A DNA stretch of 64,000 bases from Sphyrna mokarran (lineage: Eukaryota), in assembly GCA_024679065.1 (NCBI GenBank), contig JAGIQG010000004.1, positions 54,870,001 through 54,934,000 on the forward strand. Direction: 5' to 3'. Both the position numbers and the translations under genes were made by a program. Shown piece after piece: positions 12,358 through 25,880 of this stretch. The notes under the pieces were generated by a model, which saw nothing but the letters and a program-made list of their open reading frames with translations, did no database searches and was not told the origin of the DNA. Position 1 is the stretch's first letter. Every line of letters starts with the position of its first letter.

Positions 12358-12607
12358 GTAAGAAGTATCACAACACCAGGTTAAATAACAGTGAGTTTAT
12401 TTGGTAGGAAACGCCACTAGCTTTCTGGGCGCTGCTCCTTCGTCAGGTGACTCTCCTACTCACTCGACTCGCCCACTCACCTGACGAAGGCGCAGCGCTC
12501 CGAAAGCTAGAGGCGTTTCCTACCAAATAAACCTGTTGGACTTTAACGTGGTATTGTGAGACTTCTGACTGCGTTTACCACAGCCAAAACACATCATCTC
12601 CACATCA
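12358..12607. mobile_element. Penelope-like element terminal inverted repeat (hairpin) with minimal hammerhead ribozyme core
   Basis: Arms of about 93 bp (12358-12450 and 12477-12569) are reverse complements. Contains CTGACGA-aggcgcagcgctcc-GAAA. The same terminal sequence follows the GIY-YIG fragment at 59160-59255. Confidence 0.8.
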
Positions 12608-13059
12608 TAAGTACCTGGAGCAAAATGTAATGCTAATTTTCCCTAGCTATCCGTGAATACAAAGAGAGCTTCATCTTTTCAACTGTTGCAGAACAGTGCA
12701 TATAGTACATGACATGGAGGAAATCGTATCTACCATCTTCTGATGAGCATATCTGGGTGCGACACGTATTCATTCAGTGCTAAATGGAATTTTTTTTGTA
12801 TGCGCAAGAAATCACAGGATACCAAGAGACGGTTTGAAATTTTCAATTCAAATATATAACAAAAGCCTTTTTAAAAAAAAAAAATTGAATGTCGTTTTAA
12901 ATTGAATGAGTGGAAATCCTTCAATTCCGGATAGGTAATGATGAGGCAACATTTGCCTTTTATATAAATGGATGTAACATATGATTACTCACACGCACAG
13001 TAATCAAGTTTTCATCAAATGAAACTGAAAAAGCAAATTCACCTTTAGCAAGCTAATAT

Positions 13060-14760
13060 CTTGTAACCCTATTTTCCAGCTTTTGGTCCATAGATTTATA
13101 TGCTATGGCATTTCGAATGATCATCTAAATAATTCTTAAATGTTGTGCGGGTTGCCGCCTCTACCACCTTTCAGACAGTGAATTTCAGATTCCCGTTATC
13201 CTCTGGGTGAGATAACTTCCTCTCACATCTTCTGTAAACCTCCTACCCCTTAACTTCAGTCTGTGCCCTCTCATTATTGACCCCACTCCTAAAAGGAAAT
13301 GTTCTTTCCGAGACACCATGCTTATGCCACTCATAATTTAATTCATCTCAATCAGGTCCCTCACTCCCATAGCCTTCGATAATCCACGGAAACCAACACC
13401 AGCCTATTCAGTCTCTCTTCCCAGCTGAAATGCACCAGCCTCAGCTGAATCTCGACTGCACCTTCACCAGTGCAATCAATTCTTCCCTGTCGTATGGTGA
13501 CCAAAACTGCATATACTATCCTAGCTATTGCCTAACAAGCGTTCATAAAGCTCCATCATAAATAACCTGCTCTAATATTAAACGCTTCTGGTGATAAAGA
13601 CAAATATCCCATACGTTTTCTTAACGGCTTATCTATTGGTCCTGCTGTCATCAGAGATCTATGAAGATGCGCTCCAAATCCCTCTGATTCTTTGTATTCC
13701 CTAGAATCTGATCGTTGGTTATACATTCCTTTACCTTTTAGTGCTCCAAAATATATTACTTCACTCCTTTTGAGGTTGAATTTCATTTGCCATTGTTTGC
13801 CCATAGAACCAACCCGCCAATGTTATCCTGTTGTAAGTCTTTGCTCCTTGCAGTTTACCACATCACCAATTTTTGTGTCCTCTGCGAACCTACTTATCAT
13901 ACCACCTATATCCACGTCCAGAATATTATTGTATACTACAAACAACAAATGACCCAGTAACAATCCTGTGGAAGATGACTGAATACCAGCTTCCAGTCAC
14001 AAAAACAATCTACAAACATCATTCTCTCCCTCCTGCCGCTTAAACCAATTTAGCATCCATTTTGTTAAATTGTCCTGGATCCCCCCATGGCAATCCCATC
14101 TTTATCAATCTCCCATTTGAGACCTTGTCAAAATGTTTACTGACGTCTATATAAAATACATCAAATGCACTACCCTCACCGACACACCAAATCACCTCCT
14201 CGATAAAGGTCAATCACATTTGTCAGGGACAATGTGCTGATTACCCTTGATTAATTCTTGTATCCCCAAATGCAGATTAATTATGTCCCACAGAACTTTT
14301 TGCAATAGTTTCCTATTACAGACGTTAGTCTCACTGGCTTGTAATTTCCTTTTTTCTTTTCCTACTTTTTTTTTGAATTACGGTACCATATCAGCTATCA
14401 TCCAGTCTTCTGGCACCTCAAGTATTGGACTTTAAACTGGTGTTTTGAGACATCTTACTGGGATTACGCCGTCATCACCACATCATGACTCTGCTGTGGT
14501 TGGAGAAAATTTGAAAATTATCGTCAGAATTCTGCAATTTATTCCCTTGCCTATCACAGCAGCGTCGGATGCATCTCATCTGGGCCTGGAAATTTATCAA
14601 CATAGGGCCTGTTAAAATGTCCTCTCTCTTAATGATTATCAATATAAGACCCGTTAAAACCTCCTCTTTCTTAACGTTTGTCAACATAACGCCCGTTAAA
14701 ACCTCCTGGCTCTTAACGTTTATCAACGTAGGCCCATTAAAACTTTTCTTTAACGCGAAG
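13060..14760 (-). mobile_element. Degenerate CR1 LINE ORF2 fragment
   Basis: KQWQMKFNLKRSEVIYFG and other CR1 RT remnants. Confidence 0.8.
14593..14755. repeat. 42-bp tandem repeat, about 4 copies
   Basis: Units start at 14593, 14635, 14677 and 14719 (tttatcaac...cccgttaaaacctcctc...cttaacg). Confidence 0.9.
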
Positions 14761-14894
14761 TTCTAACGTTGGAAATGGTGGCATATTCATTTAAATTAAA
14801 TTTGCCTATGTCTTGGTTGTGAATATAAAATTGAAACTATAATTAAAAGATAGTGCATCATTTAGAAAACAAATTTCAATTTTCTTTTTGTTAG

Positions 14895-15117
14895 GTTAAG
14901 ATCGATTGATAATCTCTGCCTCTGTTTATGCCTGCACGGAAGCAATACGTTAGACGTTGTTAAAGAAGAACAGATACAGGCAGAGGGAGAAACACTCAAA
15001 GCAAGGAACAAGGCAAAGGAGCCACAATCAAGACGGATCAGGGGCACTTCCAGCATTCGCTCACAACCATTTTCAGTTGTGTTTAGATACACTTTTTTCT
15101 ACAGCATTAGAATATAA
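14895..15117 (+). other. Candidate downstream (3' UTR or vestigial cytoplasmic) exon of gene 1; 3' end uncertain
   Basis: Strong acceptor ttttctttttgttag|G, conserved at the homologous position of gene 2 (ccag|G, 39748). The downstream sequence is alignable between the paralogues. Confidence 0.5.
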
Positions 15118-16946
15118 AAATACAGTTGTTATTGGATAAAAAGAGTTACTGCATTCCTTGTAAGTGCGGTGACAAGAATGGAGAGTTGTCTGTGGATCAA
15201 TTCTCATGTTGAAATTTTAGCAGGGCTGGCACCTACATTTTTGTATGAGTCTCCTCAATTGAAAATATTTTAAACTTCAATATAACTCTTGATTTTTATA
15301 CGTATCACATTATTTTAAGGAAGTAAACATTTCATATTTCTTTTCATCGTCGATTTTAGAAATGACTGAGTGAGCCTTCCCTGTTCATAGAATTTAAACC
15401 TGAGTTGTATCCTTCAACACCAATCCATGCTGGTCTGTAAATATTCGATGAACAAAATTAAAAAAAAACGAAGTAACGATGCATTGTCCACTTTCTTCAC
15501 TTCCAGAGAAAATCCTAAACCAGAACCTTGTTTCTCTCTCCTGGGCATCAGTCGACTGTAAAACATCTCTATTATTTCAGCTGAGAACAAGGAGATCTTC
15601 CAATCAGCTAGTTCTCAACACTCGGCACTTAAATTCGAGTATACCTTCGAGAAATATCCCAACATTATTTTGTGTTTAGTTTCTAAAACAGTATCTGTTT
15701 ACCAAGTTAAAACTAATAACTTTTACATTAATTGTTGGTATCGTAAAATGCTATAGGATGACTGCGTAGGCCTTATAGCGCCACGTCATTGGAAACTCGC
15801 TCCTTTCCTTTTACAATTGTAGTCTATAGTCGTGAAAACTTTCACATTATAAAATGAATGTATTCAGTTCCTACATTTGTACAAACAAATGTCTGAATTT
15901 GAATTGAGAATTCTTAGATATCCTTTAAGGTTAAATATTAAATAGTTCAATTAATCGTAAAAGCATGTAATCGTTGAGAATATAAGACACAAGCCAATGA
16001 GTGAGAGATAATTTAATATAAATATGACTCAAGCAGGGAGGGATCTCATTAGCTCGAAAGAGATACCATCTAGTCAAACGAGTTGGTTCCCGCACTCAAA
16101 CTGGATTAGTTTGAGATGGCCCCTGTCGTTAATGCGAAGTGTGTCCGAAATAAAATAACTGCAATTCGCACCAGGAAAGCGAATAATACACGCAATGGTC
16201 GTTTTTCCTCAACTTGATTATCCTTCTAATGTGGAATCTTGCAAATATTTCACCTTTACATGATACTTGCAGATGGAAGTCATTGCCCAACGAACAAGAT
16301 TGGACGATCCAATAAATGAACACATCTGGTTGACCAGTGTATTTTAAGATAGACAGACAGCTATCCTGATATGGTGTGGGTTATATGTGACACTTTTCCC
16401 ACAGCAATGTCCTCATTCTCAACTGCTTTCCGAAATGCCTAGCAAGCTACTTAGTTGTATCAAAAAGTTACAGCGAAGATGAAAAATATTAAAAACGGTG
16501 AGCGCTGCAGAGTAGGATTTGCGAAGTCTTGCTGACCAATATCGATGTATTATGTACAAAATTTGCAGAACCGAGAAAGCCTGACTTAATCAAACTCACT
16601 GAAACTCATCTTACAAGCAATATCCGGGCGTATGCACTGTCCCACCAGCAGGACAGACTCACCAGACGTGGTATCTTTGCAGTTTACAGTTAACAGATAT
16701 GAACATAGACTCCTCAGCATTGGCACTCTTGAAGTTCAATGATACCTGATCAATTGTAGCTAAGTAAAACTTCTTCCTGATTATAGCATGCTGACACGTC
16801 TCAGGTGAAGAACCAGAGTTCTTTACTGTTGAACAATACTTGAAAGGACAGTAAAAATAAAGGAAACCAAATGTATTCTGCATAGAAGATTTCAATGTGC
16901 TTCACCGAGAATGTCTCTGTAAATGCCCAATTTTTGGATATTAGTT

Positions 16947-17255
16947 TTCATAGATTCTTGCAGTGCAGAAGAAGGCCATTGAGTCTGCACTGACCAAAAT
17001 CTCCCCCAGGCTCTATCCCCATAACCCCTTGCATTCACACTAGCCAGCCCCCCTGACACTAAGGGGCAGTTTAGCATGGCAATCCACCTAATTTGCATAT
17101 CTTTGGGCTGTGTGAGAAAGTGGGCAAACCAGAGGGAAACCTACGCAGACATGGGGAGCATTTACAAACTCCACATACACTGTGTCCCAAGTCAGTAACC
17201 AAACCCGGGTCCCAATTTCTATGAGGCAACAGTGCTAACAACTACACCACCATGC
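16947..17255 (-). mobile_element. tRNA-derived V-domain SINE (HE1-like)
   Basis: Reverse strand has a ggtggtgtagttgttagcactgttgcctca...gggacccgggttt head, a V-domain body and a CR1-like tail. Confidence 0.8.
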
Positions 17256-18311
17256 TTCGTAAGTCCCCACCCCTTGGCAGGTGAAGCCGTCGGGAATATT
17301 CATATTTGGGGCCCAATTGTATAATTTAAGCTATAATGTTATTTTGACCCTGAGCCATGTGAAATGCTCATAGTGCTATCCCTGCCTAGGACTCTGCTGA
17401 AACAGGAGTCCAGGACCTGCAAAGAGCCGAGGTGAGTAAAAATATTTCATAATTTGAATGCTGTCTTGTAGGCCTGGAGGATTTGATTTTCTCCTCAGGT
17501 CCTCATAAGAATTCCCAGGGCGCCTGCTCACCAGGATTTCCTTTCCCTTCATGTGATTGCCAACCGCTCAGATCTCTGCCATCATTAACCAAATTTCCGT
17601 ATGTCGTTCTGTGACCTCGTAATTCTCCACTTCCCAATATTGGTTGTTTCTGTAAATTGTATGCATGGGTTCTTCATCATTCACCTTCTAATGGTCTTAC
17701 TCAATGTTTGTTTTTTTCCTTTTAAGTCCATGACCAAACCCAAGTGCATACTGTTTCACTTAAATTGAAATTTAAACATCCCAGAATGATTGAAGTTAAA
17801 TTGGTGCAATGAGAGTATAAAAGATTCAGTTGTTACAGTTGTAGTCTTCTCTGTCAATGAATGTGAGGAGAGCCCAGCCTCAGAAGCTTATAACATAATG
17901 TTCCGTGTCTGTGCCATTGCTGTACACTGGGTGCCTGAGTACCGTATTGTTATTATAAACTATGCTTGAAGCTGGCTCACTATCCATCGCACATCTCACT
18001 TTATAAGTGCAAAGTGTAAGTGTTTTTGGTATTGGCAGATTGCGCAATGTTGTGTTTAAGATGCTGACTGAAGTGCCAATGTAAACAGATTCTCTATTGT
18101 ATTCAGATTGATGATTGGAGCATTTGAAGATCACTTCAAATGCTAAATACCCATTGTTGGGAGATGAAGTCCTCATATTGGCCCAGACGTGCACCCCAGC
18201 CGTCCAGGCCTAGTTGTGCTTGCGTTTGGTGGATTTGGCCCTTAACGAGATCTGCTCGCACATTCACTGTGGCCCACAAATTGGAAGAAATTTGCCCCAT
18301 GAATCAGACAG

Positions 18312-18500
18312 GGCTCGATGGCACAGTGGTTCTGCATCTCAGCGCCAGAGATCTGGGTTCAATTTTAAGGATGCATATCTCTCTGATTGGACTTTGCCAC
18401 GTTACCCCCATGTCTGCCAGGGTTTCCTCTTGGTGCTCCAGTTTCTTCTCATACTCCAAAAATGTGCAGGTTTCGTGATTGCCATGCTAAATTGCCTCAT
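18312..18500 (+). mobile_element. Degenerate V-domain SINE
   Basis: atggcacagtgg...ctgggttcaat head and ggtttcctcttggtgctccagtttc body. Confidence 0.65.
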
Positions 18501-18757
18501 AAACAGTTGAGTTCCCGTCATTGATCCCTATGACAGAACACTCTTCACCCTGAAAAGGAGCCCTTCATCCTATACTCTTCATTCTGTTATCCAGCCAATA
18601 TTCCATCCATGCAAATATGTTTTCCTCTAATAACATGTGCAATTATCTTCCCCAATTATCTTTAATATGGAATGTTATGGTGATGTTGTTTAAGACATTG
18701 ATGGATGATGAGTTGGCTCTTTGTGCCTTCTCTTTGTGCTACTCTTGCAAAGAGCAA

Positions 18758-19077
18758 AGCAAAGAGCAACACAGCACGGGAAACAGGCCCTTCGGCCCAA
18801 CGAGCCCGCGCCCCCGTCATAACTTTATAGTGACAATTCCATTTTCCTATTCTAATTTTAGGTTATTCCTAATATGGAAGAATCTCAATATAGGGACAAT
18901 TTGTTTCCCAATCAGCCTAAGAGCGAATTTTTGGGATGTGGGAGGAAACCGGAGCGCCCAGAGAAAACCCACGCAACCACGGGGAGAACGCGCAAACTCC
19001 CGCAGACACCGGCCCAATTCCAAGTGTCTGCACAGCTACAGCGATAGTCACTGAGCTGTCATGGTGCCCTTCAGATG
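18758..19077 (-). mobile_element. 3' end of the CR1/SINE chimera (same subfamily as 1960-3010)
   Basis: Near-identical to 1960-2276. Confidence 0.85.
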
Positions 19078-19287
19078 ATTTTTTTTACAGTGACATCTTA
19101 GGCACAGAAATGTTTAAATCAATATAAAGACAGTTTTCTGGCAGTTTACAGTTGCAATCATTTTCAATTTTGAGTTGCGAGGAGAGCCAATAGGTACAGG
19201 GTTTATAAACTTTAACCTCTGGTATGCTCTGTGAATAAAGAAACTTTAATAAATAAATGAAGAAAGAAATAAAATAAAGAAACTAAA

Positions 19288-19893
19288 TGAGGCCTAATTT
19301 AGAATATTATGCGCAGTTTTGGTCACCTAATTACAGGAAGGATATTAATAAGGTTAAAAGACTACAGAGAAGGTTTACAAGGATGTTGCTGGGACTTAAG
19401 AAACTGAGTTACAGAGAAAGGTTGAATCGGACTTTATTCCCTGGAGCATAGAAGAATGGGGAGAAATTTGATAGAGATATATAAAATTGTGATGGGTATA
19501 GATAGAGTGAATGCAAGCATGCTTTTTCCACTGTGGCTAGGGGAGAAAAAAAACTAGAGGACATGTATTAAGGGTGAAGTGAGGAAAGTTTAAAGGGAAT
19601 ATGGGGGTGGGGATGATTCTTCACACAGGGAATGGTGTTATGCTCATGTGAAATGCTCATAGTGCTATCCCTGCCTGGGGACTCTGCTGAAACAGGAGTC
19701 CAGGAATGAGCTGCCAGATGAAGTGGTGAATGCGGGCTCATTTTTAAGAACAACTTGGCCAGTTACAATGATGAGGCGGGTGTGGAGGGATATGGTCCAG
19801 GTGCAGGTCAGTGGGACTAAGCAGAAAAATGGTTCAGCACAGCCAAGAAGGGACAAAAGGGCCTGTTTCTGTGCTGTAGTGTTATAAGGTTCC
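19288..19893 (+). mobile_element. CR1 LINE 3' fragment
   Basis: aggcctaatttagaatattatgcgcagttttggtcacc (RPNLEYxxQFWSP) through the CR1 tail gggcctgtttctgtgctgtag. Confidence 0.85.
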
Positions 19894-19894
19894 A

Positions 19895-20940
19895 TGGCAC
19901 TTAATCAAATGTCTTCTTGGAGTTTAAGCACAGTATAGCAGCAAGTTGTCCTTCATCCACAGAACGGGTTACTTCGTCAAACGTCTCCAAAAGTTGATTG
20001 AACAATATTTCCCTTTCATGAAACCATGTCGACACTGTCTAAAAACATTGAGCTTATACACATGTCCTGATGTAACTCCTTTAATATTAACTTCTGATAT
20101 TTCGTTATGACATTGTCTGATCGGTAATTTCTCACTTTTTGTCTGTTTCCCTTTTTAAGTGATGGAGTTATATTTGCTACCTTTAAATCTAATGTCATCT
20201 CCCCCAAAATTAGGGAGTTTTCGAAAATTAAATCCAATGCATCAACTTTCTCGCTATACATTAAACACCGGACTGAACTCCCATTAGGGTCTCTATTCAT
20301 GTCAGCCCGCAGCTCCAACGTGTTTGCTCGGTATGAATTATCTAGTGGCTGTAAATATTTTCAATTCCTCCCTTCCTTGCGTTTCGTAGTTTAAACTGAT
20401 GTTTGTATGTTACTTCCATTCTCCATCGTGAGGATTATTCAATTCATCTTCCATCTATTTATTTTCCATTATCAATTCGGGAGGCTCAATTTTTATGGTA
20501 ACACTTTTCACTTTGTTAGCACTTCATGTATTTCAAGATTTTCGAAGGCTCATTCCGTTTGTGTGTATGTATTGGCTAATTTGCGTGAGGTTCCTGCTTC
20601 TTAACTTTTTAGTCATCCTTTACTGTTTCTGATGTTTCTACGAACCTTCTGATCTGTCACCTGTCTTTGCACAATTATATGCTTTCATTTAAAGTTTGAC
20701 ACTATCTTTAAACTTTCTACTTAATCGTGGATGGTGGGCTGGTCCCTTGGATTTTTCACACTCATGGAAATATACCTGTTTTGTGCAATCTGAAATATCC
20801 CTTAAATAATTGCCACTGCATTTCTGATGAGCTGTCACTCGACCTAATTTGTCAATCCGCTTTAGCCAGCTCAGCTTCCATGACCTCACAGCTATCCTTA
20901 GGTTAAAAGATCCTTTTTCCTTCAAACTGAATGCAAAATT
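19895..20940 (-). mobile_element. Old CR1 LINE fragment
   Basis: LIFENSL...VANITPSLKKGNRQKVRNYR motif. Confidence 0.7.
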
Positions 20941-20944
20941 CGCT

Positions 20945-21290
20945 CATTGAATCCACACAGTGCAGAACGAGGCTATTCTTCCCACTGACTCTACACCGAC
21001 GTTCTGACAGGCCCTTACCCCGCCTTGTCCACACAACGCTGCATGATTTACCATGGCAAAATCCAGCTAACCCACATATCTTGAGACACTAAGGGGTAAC
21101 GTAGCATGGCCAATGCACCTAAGCTGCAAAACTTTGGACTGTGCGACGAAACCAGAGTACCCGCAGGAAATCCCACTGACACAAAGAGAATGTGCTAACA
21201 TCACACAGGCAGTCAAGCAAGGCTAGAATTGAATCCAGACTCTTGGCGTTGTGAAGCAGCAGTCCTAACCACTGTGCCACCATGCTGTCC
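20945..21290 (-). mobile_element. V-domain SINE (HE1-like)
   Basis: Reverse strand has a gcatggtggcacagtggttagg head and a V-domain body. Confidence 0.8.
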
Positions 21291-24200
21291 ATGTCATATT
21301 CATTGTTGCTGCTTTCACAATGAGAACATTGATTGCTCCAATCTCGTTGCATAATACCAGGACTAACATAGCCTTGTCTCTGGTTGGCTGCAAAACATAT
21401 TATTCTAAGCAACTTTCCAAAAGACATTCAATAAATATCTCAACCAGGCTACCTCTGTCCTTCTGACTTTTCTCATCCATATATAAACTAAAATCTTCCA
21501 CGATTACCATTGTACCTCTATGAGAAGCTCCAATTATTTTTCCCTTTATGCTTTACCCTACCATGTGATTACTGTTAGAACGCCTATACACAACTCTCAC
21601 AAGTGACTTCTTATATTTACCATTTCTCAACGCCACCCAAATCGTTTCAACTTCCCGGTTTTCTGAATTTAGGGCATCTATTCTATTGTATTCATACAAT
21701 CTTTAACTAATAGAACTACTCCTTTACATTTGTCAGGGTTGTTATCGTCTGTAAATATCTTTTGCCTTTCATTAGTAAATTCTCAAAACATGTCCTGTTG
21801 CGGTCATGCCCCTGTAGATCCTCCAAATACGGTGGTAAAAATGGTGATCCAATAACAGCATCATCTCCCAAGGTATATATTGAACGTCGAGACAGTAATC
21901 ACTCCAAACCTGTTCCTCCAGACTGGTCATAACCGCTCTTCTGGGAATTCGACCTCTGCAGAAATTTCCCAGGATAGACCCCCAGGAGGAGAGCAGGTGC
22001 ATTTTTTGGGTGTTCCGAAAGATTCGCAAATGGGTCAAATATGCCGACTGACTCATGTGTGAACCAAGCTTAAGAATAACAAAAATTCAGAACGTTCTTT
22101 GGTAATGAACCAAAAACATCGGGCGCATTAATCGCCACGTGCACATTACATTTGAGGCTGCGCAAAAAGACCTCCAGACAAATTATCTAATCAATCCCTC
22201 AGAATCACCCTCTTCACATGTGTCAGAGTGCGCAGATTAAACATTGGGCTTATCAACCATCTCGGAACCTATCGACCTGCAATAGGAACAAGCCACCCTT
22301 GATCCCGAAGGATTATCTAAGGGAAATAGAAAAAGAACCTTGCAGGAGCAGCTTCAATGTGACCTGCATTTCCATCATTCATCAGAGCTCGACCAAGCAT
22401 TCCAAATGTTCTACCTATAGAATCTCTACATTGCAGAAGGAGGCTATTCGTCCCAGTGAGTCTGCACCATCTCTTAGAAACAACATCATACTCAGGCCTC
22501 CCCGCTGCCTATCCCAGAAATTCAGCGATTCTGATCTTGGATACCAGGGGCAAAATTGTTGTAACCACTTTAAATTTCGGTAATCTAATTTAAATCTCCC
22601 ACATTGTAACAGGGTGTCAATAAATAATTCATTCAGACATGATTTTTGAAGCATGTGTGCGTCGTCTGGATTGGAAATAACTGGTCTGATTGCCTCGTAT
22701 TCTCTTTCGTACAGTTTGAATACTTAGTTGTTTTTAAGAACCAAACAGTAATAAACCCGAAGAAACAAATTTTCTGTCGGTGTTTACTGATAATAAAATT
22801 TTCCAACAAGGGTCAAATTTGCAACACTAATTGTTCTGCCGTGACACTTTTTAAAAAGAGAATAAGTTGTTCAGCGATCGCTTCTATTTAATTATATTTT
22901 ATATTCGATTTATTTTTCTAACAATCACAGACAGAATAATGTTATTCGGCCTGAAGTGTCTATGCGTGTTTAATCAATCTTCGCACTCCAATTTTATCCC
23001 AGTCATCCGTCAAATTAGCCTTCTGAAGTGCATGTTCCATTGCTTTTAGAAATTCCGTCTGAAATCCAATTCCAATACTCTTTTAGGTAACGCATTCTAA
23101 AACTTACATTTTTATTTGAAACCAATTCTCTTAATTTCCTTTCAGATCACTTTTCCAACTACTTTGGCATATTTCTGTGACTTCTGGTTACTGATGCAAC
23201 CGTTTTAAACTGCAGTTGTTTAATTCGGGTCTAGATTGTTTTGATATGGTGGCGGATTACAACATATTTCAGGCAGTCCGCGTGTTCGAATTCTCACGTA
23301 TGCTATTGAAATGTAGCGGTGCAGAGAAGATTTTAACCGTTTGGTTTATGCAGCTCCAAAATTTTTTTGTAACAGCGGGGCAAGTGCGCGACTCTCCCTT
23401 GCAAATAACAAGTTGTGGTCTATTACTTCACTTCTCCATAGCAACAGTACATTTTTAAATATAGCTCATTGCAACATCGTGCGGTACCGCAACATATATA
23501 TCAAGAGTCACAATCACAATCAACCACCTGCATTTCTTAGCATCCATACTTAAATTCTTCTATCCTGAAGACAGAGTATCGAAGCCTTTCTTATTTTTTT
23601 CGAAATTATGCAAAATATAAAGTTAATCGCAAACACGATTTTGCTCTCCCTCTACGACAAAGACGCATGACTTCCATGCGTTTCTCCATAGATTATAACA
23701 CTCTTCCGCTTATCATATCGGACCCAGAAATGTTTTTGTTGGCCAGTAAGGTAGAATTAACACACAACTGAATTTCCTTCAATTCTAAGTGGTTTGTCTG
23801 GAATGCATCTGCTTAAAGTTGTTCTTTTTACAGTGCCATACCCTATATTTCACTCCGCTCTGCTGTAGCAGACGGGATGCTCACGGGCCTGAGTAGCGAT
23901 GTATTGAATCGTTCGATTTTGCCGCCGAATCCACACGTGAATGCGTTCAGGTTACAGGAAAGACTGCACCATTTTCAACTGTCATTGGAGCAGCTGTCCT
24001 CAAGACAGTCAGAATTGAATGAAGTGTTTTTGGTGGTCACTGACTGATTGGACGTTGATTGAACAAATGCCTTTTACTGATTAGGGTCACTGAATGGTGC
24101 ATGTGGCGGCCACATGCGGGCGATGTGTGGCACGTTCCATACAGTGTATTAAGTACAATTAACATCTCCGCCTGGTGGGGTTACACATAATCGTTGACCC

Positions 24201-24929
24201 TCTTGAGCATAACATTGGTCCTTCATTTTACCGAGAATTGTAGCCTGCGAGAGATTCGCATCTTCCCAATAAATTCATGAAGGATGCGCACCCATTGTAA
24301 GAAATTGTGATCTTCTCAGACACTGTAACTGGAATTCCCAAACCCAAGTGGTCTAGCTCGAATTGAGATAGTGTGAATAAACTAACGATGTCCTCTATGT
24401 ATAGCTTCTGAGGAGATGCGGTTCTCCCATTCCTTTAGAACATAAGGACATACAAAATAACAGCAGGAATGAGCAATTCAGCCCCTGAAGCCTGTTGCGC
24501 AATTCAGCACAATCATGGCTGATGTCATCTTGGCCTCATTTCCAGTTTCCAGAATTAAAAGCTCACATTTCTCCTTAATTTTGTTTAGCGTTGCGTCATC
24601 CATTGCAATCTGCGCGACGCTTTGAGTGAAGTAATTCTTCCGCATTCTTGTTTTAAATCTGCCACAACTTAACCTACAACTATGCCTTACCTTCCAGAAT
24701 GCGCAATATTTTAGCACTATCCTTTGCACTATCTTTAAAATTCACCTCAGCCAAAACCATCTTCTTGAAATTATTCTGGTCGAAAGTATAACCCCCTCCC
24801 CATCACGCCATGTTCAGCAACCCCTCCATCTATTCCGTCCGTCAACAGCCTCTCCCACACCCACTCCCAGCGCCGCCATCGTTCAGCAGCATTTGTGTTG
24901 CTGGCGCTGTTACTCGATTGCAACGAATC

Positions 24930-25880
24930 ATAAACTTAGGGAATGCTAATGGTTATGGTGCATTTGGATTTAAAAGAAACAATTTGTGAAGCTCTATTTG
25001 TTAAACTATTAAAACTGGAGATCATGGATGGTTATATTATAAAAGCATCGCCTGAAGATTTATCAATGGACAGTAAAAAGATGGTATGAATATATTGGTT
25101 ATTTTGGGTTGGTAGGCCATAAGGAACACTGTACCACCAGGATCAGCACATGATCTGAACCATTTATAAAGCATGTTAGCGACACATAGGATGGGACTGA
25201 ATGTAAAAGATCCAAGTTTACAGGCGATACAGAGTTACATGACAAAGCAAATTGTGAAGAGGATGCTAAATTGCTCTAAAGGAATATAAACTGAAATGCG
25301 TGATAAATAAGAATGGCAGGTAGAATATAAAGTGAGGGAAAGCAAAGCTATCCAATTCGGAATTAAGAATATGAAAAGCAGAAAATGTTATTAATAGCGA
25401 GACAATAATAAATGTATATATTCAAAGAGACTTGGATATCCTTGATCATGACTCTCAGAAACTTAAGATGCAAGTCCATAATTGCACGAAACAATGCCAG
25501 CTCTTTTGAAAATGGATTGAAGTACAACAATAATAGTTTCTTACTACTATAATTGCCCTTTTGACACAAATCTACCATTCCTGAAAGACTGCAATTTCGA
25601 TCTTCTTATCGATGCTTAGATTAGATGGGCTGGAATCGAGTTCATGAACTGATTCCTGTGATCAGGGTATTGTCCTATGAGAGAGAAAATAATAGACTAG
25701 GCCTACATTCTACCTAAATGAGAAGAGTAAGTAGCTTGCATATTGAAATTTACACATTATTAAGGAGATCCACAGAGTGAACAAATTTCAAACTACTTGA
25801 AAGATGCTTCTCAGTACTGCGGAATACAAAACTAAGAGTTACAGACTCAGGATAAATGGCCAGTCATTTAGGACTGAGTT
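24930..25880 (+). mobile_element. Highly degenerate CR1 RT fragment
   Basis: Remnants of DFxKxF, VPPGS, SKFTGDTEL, WQVEY and the CR1 3' region. Confidence 0.65.

Noticed and set aside
22010-22180. Possible decayed Penelope GIY-YIG C-terminal fragment
   Set aside because: Too degenerate to support by eye.
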